DNA of 64,000 nt from Vicugna vicugna (taxonomy: Eukaryota): the NCBI GenBank assembly GCA_013265495.1, contig MU058423.1:8665627-8729626 (forward strand), in the 5' to 3' direction. Positions 23,340 to 38,049 of this stretch are shown here, piece by piece. The notes under the pieces are model-generated. The model was given only the letters and a program-made list of their open reading frames with translations. It did not search any database and was not told the origin of the DNA. The translations under genes and the position numbers were made by a program. Position 1 is the first letter of the stretch; every line of letters starts with the position of its first letter.

Positions 23340-24600
23340 CTTTGAACTCGTTCAGTTCAACATTTTTATCAGTAACACAGGAGGCATGATTATCTAATTT
23401 ATTCACGATAAGAGACTGAGAAAGATAGTCAGCCTTAGAGATGACAGAATCAAGATAAGAAGGATCTCAAAAGATGTAATAATGGTCCAGATGATGAAGT
23501 GAAACTTAATGAGAATGCGTTAAAGTCCAGCGTCTAAATGTAAAACATCAAAGGCTTGAGTAAAATACGGAAGAGACTTGACTTGATGGCAATGCATAGA
23601 AAGACTCTCTGATGGTTTTAGTGAATCATAAAGTGAACACAAGCCAACATTGCCATGAAAACCCAAAGGAGATGTTAAGCCTAAGGTGCACTTGTAGTAT
23701 TCAACCTTCCAATCACCTGAGGCCATGGCCTTCAGGACCAGACTGGGAGCAGAGGTGTCTGATTCAGGGTGCTATTCCTTATGAGAGAGACTGACAAAAT
23801 AGAGGGTGTCCAGAGGAAAGTGATAAGGATGGTAGATGGCTCCAAAATCCCTGACCTGGTAGGGGCTATTGAAAGAACAGGATGTTTAGTTTGGATAAGA
23901 GACACCTATGACACCATGTAATAACTGAACGACTGGTGTGCAGAGAGAGGAATATAACTGCTGCTCTGTGTTATACCAAATGCTAAAAGTAGGACTTATT
24001 GGTAGATAGTTACTAGATTATTCCTAGATTATTAACTCTAGGAATGCCAGGAATGTGTGCATCCAGTTCACCACAGAGCCTCAGCACTTAACACAGTGAC
24101 CAGTAGGTAGTAGGGGCTCAGTAAACCACTACTGCATAAATAAATAACTGAGAGAGAGCTTGACTCAGATCCCAGCAGCCCTGAATTCAAATGCAGCTAC
24201 TCCATCTAGGAATTGCAAAACCTTGCACAAGCATAGGCAGCCTCTCTGGGCTTGTCTACACATGCTCAAGTAGGGATAATACTGTCATTTCTAGTGATCC
24301 ACATGGCTTTTATGACTATCAAGTTGAAAGTGATCATGTGAAATCTCTTTAAATAAGAATAGCAAATTTCTGTATAAATGGCGTGTAATAAGATGCAACC
24401 ATATTAAGTTCATTGTGAAGAAGGGCATTCCAGTTATTAAATCTTTTCAACAGTGGAATAGGTGACCTTATGAATTCACCAACTCTTAGTCACTGGATGT
24501 TGTCAATCAAGGTTGGATGACACCTCCTAAAAATATGGTAGAGGTCAAGCTTTGCTTTATATGAGACGTCCAACTGGATGGTCATTAAGGTGCCTTCCAA
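23340..24600 (+). mobile_element. CR1/L3 LINE relic interrupted by L2/MIR pieces
   Basis: gatgacagaatcaagataagaaggatctc, ggatgtttagtttggataagag, aaggtgccttccaa resemble L3. Confidence 0.55.
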
Positions 24601-27600
24601 TGTTAAGATTTTGTTATTGTGGGTGGTGTGATTCACACTTTCTAGCCTAACTTCACCAGTCCCCTCATTGTCCCCTTCAAAATTCTATGCATTCTGATGC
24701 TGCTCTGGTTGGAACTGGAAAAGTTTCAGGCATGCTTCTTTCAGCCTGTTTAATAACCAACACGTTTGTGGCAACTCCAGCTCTCTTAGAACTTGCAAAT
24801 AGTCGATTTGTTCTAGCCTTCCTGGAGCAAAAGTTCCCAGCTTTTTCTTGAGGGACCTAACACATTTGAGGCAAGTGATGTTGCCAGTAGTAGCAGTGCC
24901 TCATTATGGTGGCCAGTCTCACCAGGGTGAGAGGAAGAGCAACTTTTTTTTTGGAAGGCATGTCAGAATGTGGTAGGGAAAGTGACACATCCCTCTGGTA
25001 GATTCTACAACATCAGTTCCTCCTCACTTTGAGAATTACCACTCTGGATAGATTCAAAAAATCTATGACTATGACTCCATTTGCCCCTATGTAATAGAAA
25101 TCTTTCACAGCAACTTAACTAATGTGAGATCTAAGGGTCTGCAGTTCAAGGCTGGTTCAACTACTTGATGAAAACATCGAGAACCAATATTGATTCTGGT
25201 CTCTGGTTTTGTCATCCACAGCATGTCGTTAACCCGTGTGATTCTAACATGGCTCCCTCATCTCCAAACATTACATCTGCATTTCAGGCAGGACAACCAA
25301 GAAAAAGTGAAGGGAGAAAGGACAAAGCCAGTGGAGATTATCTCCTTGTAAAAAGCTTTCCACAAAGTCCCAGGTAGTGGCTCCACTTATATCTCAAATG
25401 GGAGGTTGCATATTTTAACTGAATATATTGTTGCCCCCAAATAAATCAGGATTCTGTTTATAAGAAGAAGAGAATGATGATAAGTAGGCAATTAACAGAG
25501 TCTGTCACAATTTACTAATTCAGTTCAAGTCATAAAATGTTTATTGAGAAACAGCTATACAGGTGCTGTGTTGACCCTGGGAATATATAAATGAAGCTGA
25601 AGGCAGTTCCTCTGTCAGAATGAAGAATAGCTGGATGGTATCAGTAAAGAATTTCCACATAATTGTGACTCAGAAGAAAAGGCCACTTGTTTATGTCTTG
25701 CCAGAAAATAAAATGAATTTTAGCAAGCTGATATCAGTTTGAAATTTTTTGGAAAGCAAACTATAGGAAGGATCAATGGTTAAAATCCTACTTCACCATT
25801 TATTGTGACTTTCTGGAATTTTGAGACTAATGTTACTCATCCTTCATTATGAGTAAAAATGATTACTTAATAAAGCACACATACCTGGTAAGAGTGACTT
25901 ACTGAATTTTTAATCTGGCACCAAATTGCTACACAAAATAATAACAGGAAGACCGTCAGTATAAAAATTATTTCTTTTTTTCTCTTTTGTAGATGTATTT
26001 CGCAGAATTTGGAATTTAATCATTTATGTTCTGACTCTCCCAGGTATTAAGTTCTGCACTTCACATGGACAAAGTTGTCTCTGTGTGTATTGCAGTCCTG
26101 CTCTTTGGGATGGCTTTCCCCTGCTCTCTGCTAATCCCCACCTCTGGCCTTCTTAAAAAACACTTTGCCTTGAAACTGTTCCATTACTTACTATTACCAG
26201 CATGGGCTTTACTCCCTCAGCAGATTTTAACTCTTTGGCTATGAAGCCTTGCCTGTTTCTACTGGTCACATGGGCTGATGCTCTGTCCGCCCCAGGGCCT
26301 GTGAAGTGATACGAAATCAACAAGCACATGCCTTGTGAGCTGCCGGGCGCTGTCACATCAACAGGTAACCACTGAGGCAATCATTCAGGGCATCCTTCTG
26401 GTATTAACGACACTTCACATTTGTGTAAGCTCTTCAGCTAAAGCGTTTTCCAAAATGCCTTAAGGTTATCACCTGTGAGCCTCACAACACCCCTAGGAAA
26501 GAGGTAAGGTGGCTGTTTTTATCTCCACAGTGTTCATCAGGAAAGTGAGGCTCAGCGAAGTTTAGTTGAGCAAGATCACACGGACAGTGAGCTGTGGCTT
26601 CTTACGCCCAGCTGACTACGTGGTACATTCCGCCAAGTCATCTCCACCTCAGTGGTTCTGGGAGAGGTGCACCTTCCCACAGATGTTGTCACTTAGAGGA
26701 CCCAGAAGCCCGTGCCATGAGAGAAAATCACTATCAACCAAAACGTGTTAGATCTGTTAATAAATTGCTTATTTCATTTGGCAATGATCTTATGATTTAC
26801 AATGGCCAGAGTTTTGTATAGAAAACAATAAAAAAAATTTTTTTCTTCTATTTGACTAGAGCATATTTTCCTCCAAAGCATAATACCTTTGGAAATCTCC
26901 CTTTAAAATGTGATAATTATTTAAATGTATGTGCTAAACTAAAATTCCAATATTCATAAAAAAACACATAAGGTTTTTTGTAACCTAGGCCCATTATAAG
27001 AACTGTAGCTCAGCACTGTGCAGAACTGTTTAGAAAGACATCTTGACATTTGCAGGACCCCATGAAGGAAAAAGAAGCAGTCAAGGGTAAGAACACCTGG
27101 GTTCTTGCCTCAGTTCTATAAATAAAAGTATAATCTAGGGCAAGAGTCTTCACTCCTAGAGTCCAAGTTTTTTCATCGGCAAAGAAGAGGGCAAGATAGA
27201 TGGTCTGCAAAGTCATTCTCTTCCATCATTATGATTTCTAAGCTAATAGCAAGTAGCTAAAGAACTGTAGACAAATTGGCCCCATACCAGCTCTTCCAGG
27301 CGTTACGACTCTAGGCAAACCAACACAGGTCCTCTTGCAAGGCACATATTCCTTTGCAGGAACTTCATGGAAATCCTATTGCATATCTTTTTTTTAAAAA
27401 GCATGCTATTGCTTTTTATGCTTTAGACCGACTTTCTGCTGTTGGCTGAGGCTCTTGTACTTACTCTGTACGTCCCAATATTTCTATTTGAGCCCCTGGA
27501 CATGAACGTGTCTATTTCCCCTCCACAGCTAAGGCTGGTGACAAAATGAGTATTTATTGAGTGCCTCCTGTGAGCCAAGCACTGTTCTAGGAATACAGGA

Positions 27601-30600
27601 ATTTCTGTAAAGAGCTCTAGTTGAATGTTTCAAAAATACTAAATATTTTCAAACTCACTGGAGAATCCAGAATAAATATTACCTGGGGGTCTGTGCTCTG
27701 TGTTTTTCTCCCCCACCTGGACTTGTGAGACCTGAGTATTATGCTACCCTGACAGCATATTTCTTCCAAGTGCAATAATACAAGCTGTGCCTTTTTTGGA
27801 CTTCTGTTGGTCTGTTTCATTTCCTTTATATACATACGATTTTTCAGCATCCAATTGTAAACACTACTCTAATCAGGAATACAGAGCTCAGGAAGACAGC
27901 AGTGACAAAGCAAGCTATCCCTGCCTTCATGGAGTTTACCTTTCAGTGGAGCTAAACAAAGATGTATAAAGAGCAAATAGACTTGCATAGGGAAGGTAAG
28001 TCAATGAGTTGAAAAAAGTAAGGAGGAAGTGGTCAGAAAATGGGACTCAATATCAAAATTTCAGTTAGGAATATTATAGGTGATGACAAGTTTTAGAGAA
28101 TGACTATGAGAAGGAATGACTACGGTTCGGTAGAGGCCATGATTATTATAAGCGAAGAGGTCAAGAAATTCAAAGGCCAGGTCCATGAGGATATTCAGGT
28201 TACTAAGAATAAAGATAGGGGTGGTGGAGAGCAAGAGATTGAAACAGGTGTCAAAATAATTAACAAAGCAGGGTCACCAGAAGGTATCAGGAAGTTAAAG
28301 AAGATGGACTTTGGTCAGTAGTGATGAGGAAAAATGTTTTGGAATGGGCAATGAGAAAAAGGAAGATCCCGAATCTAAACTCCAGGCTCAGTGGCTTATG
28401 GGAGTCACCGTCTGACAGGACTCCAGTGGCAAGAGTGTTATCAAACCAAGCCAGTCTTCCATTGGAATAAAACGATGAAGGAACGGCTTAGTGAAGATAG
28501 AGGTTATCAGAGATTTTGCAGATAACTAATCTTAAATTCTAGACAGCATAATGAAAGTCTTGGAAGATCTAGAATTGGCATTGAGTAAGAAATGTAGACA
28601 GAGTTATTGATAATGAGTTCAGAAGCTTGGACTTGTGAAGAAGGACGTAAGGAAAGATAGGATTCATCAGGAAAAAAACACCATATCCTGACAAGCTAAA
28701 ATGTTCCAATTAGTCTTGCCATCTCATCCAATTTAGGCATCATATATTCAAAGGTTAATTGAATTATAGAAAGGTTTTATAAAGATATCTCACATTTGTA
28801 AAGTGCTTTATAATTTTTAAAAATCTTTAATATATTTTATCTCTCATGAGCCTCCTAATGATCCTAAGAAGTACTCAGGGTATTTTTATCTCCATCAGAT
28901 AGAAGAAATTGAGGATCAGTGAGGTTAACTAATCTCCTTGCAAGCACACAACTAGGTAATAGGAAAACTAGGACTAGAAGCAAAGTTTTCTTATCCCACG
29001 GTTAGTGCCCCTTCTGCTCTAGCAGCGCCTACTTTCAAAACAGTCTCAGTTCAGCTCAACCCCAGACCTTTTTTGTTTTCCTACAACGGTGGCTCTCCAG
29101 GAAAGCCTTGCAGATAAACTTAGGCATGACTATTTCCTAGGATGTGGTATCGCGTCAGATGCAAACTATTTTTATCCTTTTTCCTTCTGATTTCACAAAA
29201 AACCAACTTTCCATTTCCAAATCACACTTAAAAGTTCACTTCCCTGCTACACAAATATATTTGTAAGAAGTAACATTGTGAAGTAAACCAATTGAATTCA
29301 AAAATTCCCTCTGTGTGTTTTTGTTGGCTCAGAACATAAGCTATGGAAATTCCAAAACTGCCATATAAAAAATGAGAAAAACTGGTCTGTGATTTGCCAC
29401 ATTATAGCTAAAATAGGACTTAAGGAGAATATCCTGTTCTTGAAGCCTTTGTGCCAGGATAAATAAGGTAAATACTAAGTGACTAAAATGTTTAAAAGGG
29501 AAATTATAACAAAAATTGCAATGTCCTTATGGAGATTCAAAATATTTTCTATAAATTTCCTAAGCAGGTTTTTAAGAATCCCAAAGGGAAATAAATAAAT
29601 AGGGTGACATGTTGAATGTAAAAATGAACATAGACAATTCTGACCTAAATGATTTCTCATTGAGGGATTCAGGCACCTAAGAATCAGTGGGTTCTGTTAA
29701 TTCCTCTATGCTGAGAGGGAGGCCATTGTTGCTCCAGATGACAATAATCTTCTCAAGCCAAGTGACGCTGGGCAACATGACATTTTCCATGCCTCTCAGG
29801 ATTCTGCAGGAGCAGTGACGGGGTTGACATTTTATTTTCTTCTTGGGCATGTTCTTAAGTTTTTTCAAGGAACTGCTACAGCACTCTTTTTTTTTTTTCA
29901 GATTAGCAAACTGGACAAAATTTCAAAGTAATTGTGCTGTGTAACTCATCTTCAGAGCAGTGAATCCAGAAAGACTACTGTGCAGGTGTGTTGGACAAAA
30001 GTCTCAAGAACATTAAGTGAGATGTTTATGTTGGAAGAGATCTGAGAATCATTTGCCCAGTGGTTCTCCACCACAGAATGGTGATCTGGTATACAAGCTG
30101 CTTTTTGGAAATTATTTGCTTTTAAAAAATAGATTAGATTGCAGATAATTCCTATTCCGGTCACCAGGATTACTCACTTGCATTCTGAAATGCTCTCCTG
30201 ATTGGGAGTAAAGTGGTGGAGTTACAGCCAGCTTCCTGTGAATTGCTCATAACCCTCAGTCTATCTTATCTACTGTGTGGTAAGATAACAGACATTAATT
30301 AATTATTTCCTTGCATTTAGGAAAAAAAGTCTGCCGTCACACTTGTTCTGCATCTTTGCAAAATATTTTTGGGTTTCTCCTAGATCTGGGTTTGTGAAAG
30401 TGAAAACCATCCATCCTATATTGTGGTGGAGAAAACTCTGTGAGTCCCTCTGATGCAGCCCAACCCCATCCAGTGTAAATGCAGCCATCAGGGACCATCA
30501 GGAGTCACCGGGAGCAGCAGCAGGGCTGGGACTGGAACTCCAATCCTGAGAGCTCTTTCCACTAATCTCTGGTGACACCGGAATATCTGCCTTTAGGGTT

Positions 30601-31375
30601 GATTACACGTAAAAATAAAATAATTTTTGAGTAGTCCCATTGACTATCAGCAAGAAAAACGCATGCATGAACATTCTGAGGAAAAGGACCTGAAAATAAT
30701 TCTTTAAGGATCAGACATACAAGATGATAATAAATGTGCAGGATGTAGCATTTGATTTTTTGTAGAAAAGATTAATGTCTAAAACATTTCAAAAAGTAAT
30801 ATCCTGTAGGCACAATATATTCTTTTTCTATGGCACTTAACAAACCTGTCGTCCTATTCATTCCCACATCATCCCTGGGAGGGAGGCCCATTTTACAGAA
30901 TGTAAACAGTAAAGATTGTTTCATGGTTTTCCAGGATGATATAGTTGGCGGCAGGATAGAAACTGCAAATCCTGGTTCCATCACTTCTTTTTTGAGCAAC
31001 CTCAGGGAAGTTACCTCTCTAGGTCTTGGTTTCCCCATCTATAAAATAGGGATAAAAATAATACACATCCAGTAGAATTGTCTTCAGGGTTACATGAGGT
31101 CATGCAAAGAGCATTAACAGCACATTTTATGATACACAGAAAATACTCAATGAATATCAGCTACTCCAGAAAGAAAGGGAGAAAAAAGGAGAATGTGTGG
31201 GAACTCTGATTTGTGATCTGTTTCTATTGGATTCTACTGGAAACTGATGAAGCATCGTCCAAAATACACCAATCTTTTTATAATTTTTGGCTAATTATGT
31301 GAACTAGACTGTCGATAGTTTTGAGGAAGAATGGGGAAATTGAGTGCCTGTATGTGAGTTTGCCCTATTCTCTGT

Positions 31376-31378
<3 letters not shown>

Positions 31379-31408
<30 letters not shown>

Positions 31409-31430
31409 CTGTGTGTGTGTGTGTGTGTGC
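31379..31430. repeat. (TG)n microsatellite
   Basis: Directly visible. Confidence 0.95.
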
Positions 31431-31595
31431 GCGTGCTGGATATTACTGGAAAACAGGCTCCTCTGGAATCTGAAATAGAAGGTCACAATGTCATCTCAAA
31501 GGTTGCCCGTCACATACTGTATGTAACCTGGGCACACGGTTGACCTGGGGAGAGTCAGATCACTGCCTCAACACCAGACAAAGTATGTCCTATAG

Positions 31596-31764
31596 CAGTG
31601 GGTCTCCAAGTGTGGGCCCCAGACTAGTAGCAATAGCATCACCTGAAGACTTGTTAGAAATATAGGTTTTCAGACCTTGATCCAGATCTCCTGAATCAGC
31701 AACTCTGGGGATGGAACCCAGCAATCTGTGTAATTGGGGTGATGCTAAAGTGTGAAAATCACTT
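31596..31764. mobile_element. MER5A-like hAT DNA transposon
   Basis: cagtgggtctccaagtgtgg...agcatcacctga...cttgttagaaat...ctgaatcagcaactctgggg; related relics near 30058-30220 and 48484-48600. Confidence 0.75.
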
Positions 31765-34700
31765 TTCTCCAAAGAGTCCTCCCCAAGGAAATCCCCTTTT
31801 CTCATAGGTTATGGCACCAAAGGGACCAGAAACACATTCCTGTGGCCCAACCTGCTTCTTAGCACAGTGCCTCCATATGTGTTAGTCATTTTGCTCCAGA
31901 GAAGATTAAATCATGGAAAGAAGTGTGAAGATGAAATAAACATTATTTGACGTACTTGATCCAAAAAATTTAAAAAGGAGAGAAATCAGAAGCATAAATT
32001 CTAACTTCCTATTGTAGTTTGCTTTTTCCTCTGGGTTTAATAGCTTAACAATTACAAACTGGGCAAGATCTTGGCATTTGCCTAATCCAACTAAAGCCCG
32101 GAAAAGCCATCATGTTCCCAAATACGTAAGGCTGTTTACAGCAGAAAACACAGTTACAATCCAAGCCTCTGGCCTAAAATTAGCTCACTGCTTTTCCAGT
32201 GGACTAATATAATATACTGGGCTACTTTTTCAAAAGTAAAAATGTCATGGCAATTGAGGGAGAATTTTTTGGTAAAATTCTAATCTGGCTTAGCACTAAT
32301 GCCAGTTTCCTAATGCTTGTCTTACAGGCTCTGTAAAAGACATTTGCTCAAGTGACTGGTGACACTGCTGTCGTCTGTGAGAACTGATTGTCCAAAAAGT
32401 CAAGAAGGAAATTTTTCTAAAAGTCACAGGGCTAGATGGTGGGTGAACGGGTCAAAAACTACTTGGGTAGAGGGTTAGAATCTGCGGTAAAGGCTTACCG
32501 TGCTTAGAACCTTCCACTCCGCAAACACACACACCTGCATCCCAGGAAACTCTCAGAGAAATCTCCTCCTCCCTTCCCTCAAGTTGCGACACAATCCTTG
32601 CTCTTGATGAGGTAGGTCTCCATTGTGAGTTGTAGGATGTATTCTCCCTTGGAAGAGGATTCTTTGATTTAATATCGAAGTTCAAAGGCCCCATACAAGA
32701 CAGAAACGTCCACATAAAAATGTCTAGAATGGCTGTATCAGGCTTTCTTGAGGACCAAGAACCTTGCATTGATAAGAGAGAGATTGCAGTGTTGTCACGA
32801 GTGCTGCCATGTGACAGTGTCAGAAGAATGTGGGGCTTTGTGTGGAATAACATTAAAATAAAACAATACATACAAAATGACATTAAATTGCAAAACATAA
32901 TTGTTCTAACACTCAGATTATTATGATTGAGCATTTATAAAATATTTTTAAGGAGTTGATCATAAGATGGCTTTACTCTTTTTTCAGCAGATTTAAATCT
33001 AGTCTCCCTCTTCATAATCCCATGGTGTCAGGCCTTCCGTCTGTCTCACCTACAGGGGATAACCAGTTAAAAGCTTTATCGCCCTCTGCTTGACAGATCT
33101 TCAAGAGTCAACCATCTTCTTAGAAATCCGCCTCAAGACCTGTGCCAGTGAGCTGCATGCATTCGATTGTCCCTGATTTTAATACAGCGACGCCATTTCT
33201 AGTACACCAGGGAACAGTTCAATGAGATCAGCTAGAGCTACTTTCAGCCAAAAGGGAACGTGTATGTCCCACTTCACTAACTAACCTTGCTGAGTACACC
33301 ACATTCACAAAGAAGGAGATGGTTAGACAGACTGCGGGAAATGTAAACCAATCTAACCCACTTCTCAGTTTCAGGACAGGACAAGTTTGTGGAGGCAATG
33401 GGACATGATGATAAGAATAGAGAAGAACCTTGTAGTCAGAAAAGAAAGTTCCGCTCTTTACTCACTGAGTGACTGTAGGCATCTCAGTGTCTCCTCTCCA
33501 TTTATTCACCTGTTAAGTGGTGGTGATAATGATAACACCAGCTTTACAAATAAGAAAAAGTGGCCACCTGCCAAACTAGAGCGTTTTAAATATATTCTAG
33601 CTTATCGTCAGCAATTCTACTCCTGGAGTAGAACTATAGAGTCCAAAGAGATTCCCACACATGCCCTTAAGGGCCATGTCCATGGACATCGACTTCAGCA
33701 CACTTTGGAGTGAGGTAACTGGAGGTAATCTGGGTGCTCATCACTAGGGAAGTGCATAGAGGAAATTATTTATCATTAAGTAAACGTATCATAGGAAAAA
33801 TGTACACATCGTACGGTAGTTAGAAGCAAGGGACAAAATGCACACACAGTCACGGATGAATCTTCAGTATATGGCCCTGAATAAAATAAATCTTTAAAGT
33901 AAATAGAAATATAAAACATGGTATTATTTACATAAACTGAATACAGACAAAAACAAGCATTTTGCAAGAACACATGTGAACAAAAAGATGCACAATTAAT
34001 ACATTAGAATGGCTACCTGTGAGGAGGTGGAATGTGAATGAGCAATAGAAATAAAAGGGAAAAAATTTTTAAGTAAAAGAAGAGTCTTGCTTTCATCAGT
34101 GATGATAATGTGTCATCAGCTGAGGGAAACATTAGCTGAATCCTCTGCATTTAATGTCCAGGAAGCGGAAAAAATATTATATAAATGGTGTTTGTTAAGC
34201 AGATAATTGTTGCCTCCCACTCCAAACTCTTCATCTCTTTCTTTCAACTCTTCATTGAAGACTTTTCCTTCCTCTGATCCTTATTAATTAACTATAGCAG
34301 TTTTTCCATTAGGGAACCTCATATGAGTAACTCATTTACACTGTTTTTTGTATCCCATTAACTTAATCACCAGTATTATTTTTTATTACTAGATAGAAAG
34401 AGGAGCTTAAAATAAAAGGTTCTCCCCTTTATGGGGGAATTTAGCACCAAGGAAAATGGGCGGACTCTTTGAGAGCATGGTGGATACTCCACTGGTGCCA
34501 GGTCACATCAAAGGTCATCAGAGATCTGTGACGGGAGACTGAAAATTTGTATAAGATCTCATAGAATGAAAGAAAGAATATCGCAGGTAGCTGATTATTC
34601 TCTTCTCTCTTTGAAAGTTGGCTTCGGTTAGAAGTTCTCAGGTCCAAGTGGTCCCCCTACCATTCTTCCCCAACACACACGTGGATTATTCAGTGAATAG

Positions 34701-36686
34701 GTCTACTTTAATCTATTAATGCCTTTGAAATTTTGTGGGTGCAGCAATACAGGAAAAATGAGGTACAGCTGAAAGACTTGAATAACTAGGAGTTGGGGAT
34801 AACAAAAGACTGATTAAGGTAAAATACAGTTTACTGGATGCATCGTCCAAAGAGACAGCCAGGAAATTCTCTCCCACCAGGCACCCTCACACTGCCGAGT
34901 CATCTGGATTACCTCCACCAAGGAACTGAAGGAGTTACAGCAAGAGGCTCTCTTTTATGTATTAACAAAAGGGCAGGTGTTTGTAGGTGTACTGTGGAGG
35001 AGGCTTCTGACGTTCCTTGTTCTGTAGATTATGTTTAACTTGTCACCTTGTCATCTTTCTTTTGTGTTCCTTATATTCCCCCTTTAACATCTTCACCTTC
35101 TTTTACTGACTCCTTTGTTCCGTGAGATGTTAAGGGTCATCAAGCTTTCATAGCCATTGTCAAGACATTTTGTCAGGTAAATCAGTCACTGCACTTGTCC
35201 TCTTCTAACCGCTAAAAACTTTGTGAAGCTTAAAGTGTTGAAGACACTCTTCTTGTTCTTTGCTCAATCTTCATTACTCAGTCCCCCAGGTCTTCTAAGA
35301 CAATGAAGGAGCACAATATCTGGCCTGCCCTTAAGAGGTTTATCTTCCAAAATGTCTTCCAAAAATACTTTACAATAAAACCATTAACAAACATGATCAT
35401 TGACATCTCTTGTTCTCTCTCATTCTCTTTTTTTACTTGATTTAGGAGTGTTTCTGTAGTCATGATTTCACCATCATGCTTTGCAAGTTCCAAGAAAGAG
35501 CCAGATATTGAATTGTCAGTTACTCAAGCAAATAGTTTTAAGTCACCATTTTTTATGGTATACTGAGCTCAGTACATGAATTTCATTGTAGTCATTTGTG
35601 AGAGTTTAAATTCTATTATGATAGCCAAATAAGAATAAAATTTCAGCTATATTGTTTGCCTGGATTTCCTGTGGCTTCATATTGCAGGGCACTGGAAAAT
35701 TCAACACAGAAATGTGTTGGCCAGGCTAGGTGCTGCCAGTTGTCTAACCAGTCACAAGACCGGGTTAGAAATTAAAGGCAAGAAAAGGATGATTTTTTTT
35801 CCCCCTCTTGGTTTCTAAGGAAATACTGCTGTAATTTATGGACCTAATGGAGAAGAATGGGGTAGATCAATGATATTTCAAAATAATAAGAGCAGGTGTT
35901 GGTCGTGGAATAGCCTTCTCTTGTCATCTTTAGGAGCATGTGAAACAATCAGTTTTTCTTCAATGCATTTCTACTCCGGTGCCTGGACCAACATGTACAA
36001 CTCTTTAAAAATCCTATGATTTAAAGCATAATCCAAATTGCCTCTTTCCCTTTAGAAAGATTTGTCAGAAGAGAACTCTGTCGAGTAACTCTCCAGAAAA
36101 GCTAAACAACATAACCAACAAACTAGTCATTTCTTTTCTCATTTTCTTCATATTGCTTTAATAATTTCTTACAAGAAAATCCAAAATCTAAGTTTCAAAT
36201 GTTATTACAGCTGACATGAGAGCAAATACATGGTTTGCTAGCTTTTCCCCCTCCAGCCTTGATGTTACCACCCACGTCATGGGGAAGAAGATGGGGCTGA
36301 AACACTAATGTAAGAAATGGGAGAGGGTCTAGTCAGAAGGCGGCTGTGTTGCAGTTGATGGAGATGATGGCGGGTGTGATGGGGGAGCACCAGTCAAGGG
36401 TGGAGGAGAGCTGGAAAACCTGGCTGAGAAATAAGCTGAGGGGGAGATCTGGGTTTGTGCTCTTTTCTCTCCATCCTTATTGCATCAGAGAGGCTATTTA
36501 TTCCTGTTTGTTGTATTGCCACTACAGGACGGAAAACAAGCCGGCTCAACGCAATGCTGGCCAGAAACAACAGAGCAGTGCCAGGGGCCAGCTAGAGAGG
36601 AAGTGGGTAACAACATATGCAGACAGAACAACAGCCCCTGAGAGTTCCTTCTACCCTTTCCCCCATCACTTGCCGTATGCTGAGGC

Positions 36687-37391
36687 TGTGGTGGCTTTGC
36701 AATGTGTCAACTTGGGTAGTATGAGCTACAGTTCCGGTAATTCATTTCTCTGTATTTCCAGTTAGAGTTAAAAACTTTTGTGCAATATTGGAGAGTAGAA
36801 GTGAAGCCGTACTCAGATTGCTTTACTGATTTATTTGTTTTAATGGAGGTACTGGGGATTGAACCCAGGACCTCGTGCATGCTAAGCACACTATCCCTGA
36901 GCTACACCTCCCCCTAGACTGCTTTGTTTTTCTTCCCTCAGGATGTCAAAGCAAGATAACCAGGAATTTTTGAAGCTCATGCACGTTGTCACTTTGCTGG
37001 TTTAATTCATTTAACTCACGCAAATGATTCAAATTCTTTTGGAACCTCCTTTATATTTTCTGATTCATGAGCTAGATGTGTTTGGGTCCATGATGAAGAG
37101 TTTCAGCATCTTGAGGTTGAAAGCAGTGAGAACTGACATGGTCTCTTGTTCATCACTGTGGATTCCAACTCATGCTCCAGTTTCTCCTTGCTTCCTCTGA
37201 CTTCATGTCCATCTGGACTTTTGGACCTACTTTCCTATAGACTTCAAACTCCAGCATCAGAAATGAAGACAACAGCCTTGCAGAATGTTTAACCAGCTCT
37301 TTCAACTGTGTAGGTCCAATTCACCATAACAAATCCTTTAATATAGAGAAATAGATGTATTTCCTTAGGTGATTCTCTCTAGACTGATACA
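36687..37391 (+). mobile_element. ERVL solo LTR (MLT2-like)
   Basis: Begins tgtggtggctttgcaatgtgtcaacttgg and ends ...ctgataca (TG...CA termini). Confidence 0.6.
36825..36915 (-). mobile_element. Vic-1-like tRNA-derived SINE nested in the LTR
   Basis: ggaggtactggggattgaacccaggacctcgtgcatgctaagc; imperfect TSD AGATTGCTTT (36815-36824) / AGACTGCTTT (36916-36925). Confidence 0.85.
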
Positions 37392-38049
37392 GAGATCAAG
37401 CATGCAAAGGAAAAAGCTTTCAGAAAGGACAGTCCCCTAGGTGAAGGCACAAAAAAATAAGCCAAAGAACAGGGTCAGCTGTGGGAAAGAAGAATGGCAA
37501 AGCGGTAATGGAAGAGTCTTGGCTCCCCTCCTGGGATGACTTCCCCATCCTACCCTTATTACTTAAATAAGGCACATGCCTTGGAAGTCCTGAACCAGTA
37601 TGTTATATGTTTGGCTACCATGAAGCTCCTGTGCTGGAAAGATCATGTGAAGGGTCTACATTACATCTGAGAGACTGAGGGACTTCTTTCAGAGGGTCCA
37701 GTGACAACTCCTCACACACTGGGTTGTGTTACAGAAGAGGAGTTTAGGAAACCCAAATACATCTTACAGGACAGTAAATATGCTTATCCTTTGCTCTGGA
37801 GAGAGATGTTATCTCTGTTTTCCAAGACTTCAAGCAAATCATTCTTTTCTCCAGAAGGAGACACTCTTCTATTTTCTAAGTCAGTTTATTATATAAATAT
37901 CCTTCAAAAGTTAGTCTGGAGCAAATGTGTTCAGTGCTGTTGCCTGGAAGACATGATACAATGCAAGAACCCACAGAGAGAGTCTCTCAGGAGTCTCATT
38001 TCTACTGCATTCTATCTGTTAGAAAGATAAATATTTACTAAGGGAGATT

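Noticed and set aside
32452..32934. 160-aa minus-strand ORF
   Set aside because: No domain, splice context or homology recognisable; consistent with a chance ORF.
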